Shown here one piece after another: positions 62,652 through 64,000 of a stretch of 64,000 nucleotides of DNA. Origin of the DNA: Bradymonadia bacterium (lineage in GTDB: Bacteria; Myxococcota_A; Bradymonadia; UBA7976; UBA1532); the NCBI GenBank assembly GCA_046290225.1, contig JBKAGE010000035.1:160001-224000 (forward strand). The letters run 5' to 3'. Position numbers and translations under genes: made by a program. The notes beneath the pieces are model-generated. The model searched no databases and had not been told where the DNA came from. It saw nothing but the letters and a program-made list of their open reading frames with translations. Position 1 is the first letter of the stretch, and each line of letters opens with the position of its first letter.

Positions 62652-62853
62652 CGCTCCCCGAGGCCTCGCGATCGCTCTTGCTGCCCACACCGTGCAGGAA
62701 GGCGCTGGCGGCGGCGCTGATGACCGAGACGCCAGCGAGGCCCATCATCAAGAAGCTGATGTCGATGCCCAGGCTGCTGCTGTTGGGGTTGAAGCCGAAA
62801 CGCACGCCCAACACACCCCGGGCGCGTCTGTGCCCACGGGGGCCAGCGCCCAC
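62632..62853 (-). CDS. Small (73 aa) single-TM protein with GFNPNSSSLG motif, overlapping the radical SAM start
   Basis: GTG 62853 shortly after the upstream stop with GAGAGG 11 nt before; fills the intergenic gap; GC3-rich codons. Confidence 0.6.
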   Translation of the reverse strand: MGAGPRGHRRARGVLGVRFGFNPNSSSLGIDISFLMMGLAGVSVISAAASAFLHGVGSKSDREASGSDDDADR

Positions 62854-62861
62854 AGGTGGCG

Positions 62862-63845
62862 TTACCTCTCCGGGCCGTACTTCAGGGTGTGCCACAGCAG
62901 CTCCAACAAATCGAAGTGGTAGATGATGGCATAGACCCACGCCGCCATCACCCCAGCCCTCACCAGCGCGCTGAGCCAGGGGCGGGTCGGCGGCGGGCCG
63001 GCGCCGGCGATCCAAACAGCGGCGACAGCCCCCACGGCGAGGATCAGGATGGCCGGCGCGAAGGCCTCTGCCATGGGCACCGCCATCAGCAGGCATGCCA
63101 CAGTGACGGGGGCCAGGTAGAGCACGATCACTGGGGGCGGCCACCACGCGCCGTGGCGACGACCGCGAGCCAGGGCAATGATCAACCAGAAGAAGACTAC
63201 GGCGCTCGACCCTCGGTAGGCCCACCTCAACCACACCTTGAAGCGCACACGTCGAGCGCTCGCCGTGTCTCCTGCGGCCTCGAAGGCCGTGAGCGCCGGC
63301 TCGAGATCTCCGCGGCTGTAGAGGGCCATCCCTTGAGCCCTGAGGGCGCGCCAGCTCAGCTCGGGATCATCTGCGAGGGGCGCGAGGGCCTCTGCAGACT
63401 GTGGATCCACCTCTGCCAGCCGAAACCGGAGCGCGGCGAGCTCCGGCCACCGCTCTATCCATTGCGCGATCTGCTCTGCAGAGGCCGTCGGTGCCGAGAG
63501 CACAGCCTTCGCCTGCTCGACGTCCTGATGTTTCTCGAGCCAGCGCAGGGTCTCCATGGCCCGAAGCCCAGGACGACTGCGAGGTGCCAGCAACACGAGC
63601 TGCTCCAACACGAGTCGCGCCTTCTCTGGCTGCTTCAGCTGATCGAGGTAGATGCGCCCGGCCTGCCAAAGGGCCTCGCGGGTCACCTCAGAGTCGGTGC
63701 TGCGATGGGCGAGGTGGGTGAGGGCCTCTGCAGCCCCCGCAGGATCAGAAGAGGCGCGCTGCAGGGCATCTACATAGGGCGCCCACGGATCAGGGGCGCC
63801 GAGCAGGCAGATCAACGACAACAGCCCGGTGAGCAACGCGCTCAC
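62862..63845 (-). CDS. TPR-containing membrane protein
   Basis: Signal-like N-terminus, TPR-like helices, about 4 C-terminal TM segments. Confidence 0.7.
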   Translation of the reverse strand: MSALLTGLLSLICLLGAPDPWAPYVDALQRASSDPAGAAEALTHLAHRSTDSEVTREALWQAGRIYLDQLKQPEKARLVLEQLVLLAPRSRPGLRAMETLRWLEKHQDVEQAKAVLSAPTASAEQIAQWIERWPELAALRFRLAEVDPQSAEALAPLADDPELSWRALRAQGMALYSRGDLEPALTAFEAAGDTASARRVRFKVWLRWAYRGSSAVVFFWLIIALARGRRHGAWWPPPVIVLYLAPVTVACLLMAVPMAEAFAPAILILAVGAVAAVWIAGAGPPPTRPWLSALVRAGVMAAWVYAIIYHFDLLELLWHTLKYGPER

Positions 63846-63852
63846 AGGTGGA

Positions 63853-64000
63853 TCAGTTGCCTCGCTTGATGCCCAGAGACTTCATCTTCTTGTGCAGATT
63901 GGTCCGCTCCAGGCCCAGCGACTCCGCCGTGCGGCTGATGTTCCAGTCGTTCTCCCGCAGGCGGCTCTCGATGAACGAGCGCTCTGCGGCGTCGCGCATC
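63853..64000 (-). CDS. C-terminal Fis-type HTH of a sigma54-dependent regulator (5' part outside window)
   Basis: Manual translation RDAAERSFIESRLRENDWNISRTAESLGLERTNLHKKMKSLGI, TGA at 63855-63853. Confidence 0.88.
   Translation of the reverse strand, partial: MRDAAERSFIESRLRENDWNISRTAESLGLERTNLHKKMKSLGIKRGN

Noticed and set aside
1..64000. tRNA, rRNA, IS elements, integrases or prophage genes
   Set aside because: None recognised; intergenic spaces are short and no transposase or phage motifs were seen

Overview
GC-rich bacterial DNA, most consistent with Myxococcota/Bradymonadia-type deltaproteobacteria (MYXO-CTERM protein, myxosortase-like CPBP protease, pilA followed by a pilG-like gene, several sigma54 regulators). 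Half of the window (8103-40282) is a same-strand array of nine paralogous secreted proteins with one shared chassis: signal peptide, variable N-terminal head, thrombospondin type-3 Ca-binding repeats, a roughly 400-aa hexapeptide left-handed beta-helix, and a variable C-terminal tip. Heads are 7-repeat RCC1-like propellers, YCDxxxxGGGW fibrinogen-like domains or an unrecognised duplicated domain. Tips resemble fibrinogen-C, intelectin, collagen COLFI, Caspr or discoidin domains. Heads and tips are combinatorially shuffled, patches of DNA are near-identical between paralogs, and the genes share two upstream motifs. A class II photolyase interrupts the array. Downstream lie a soluble FtsH-like three-gene module (FtsH ternary conflict system-like), a zincless Fpg, an orphan adenine methyltransferase with an A9 tract, an NtrC/hybrid kinase/ClC operon, sigma54-driven pilA, a lytic transglycosylase, an archaemetzincin-TPR protein, a myxosortase candidate, and a radical SAM-SPASM gene with an overlapping small ORF. 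All family calls come from motif reading by eye; no searches were run.
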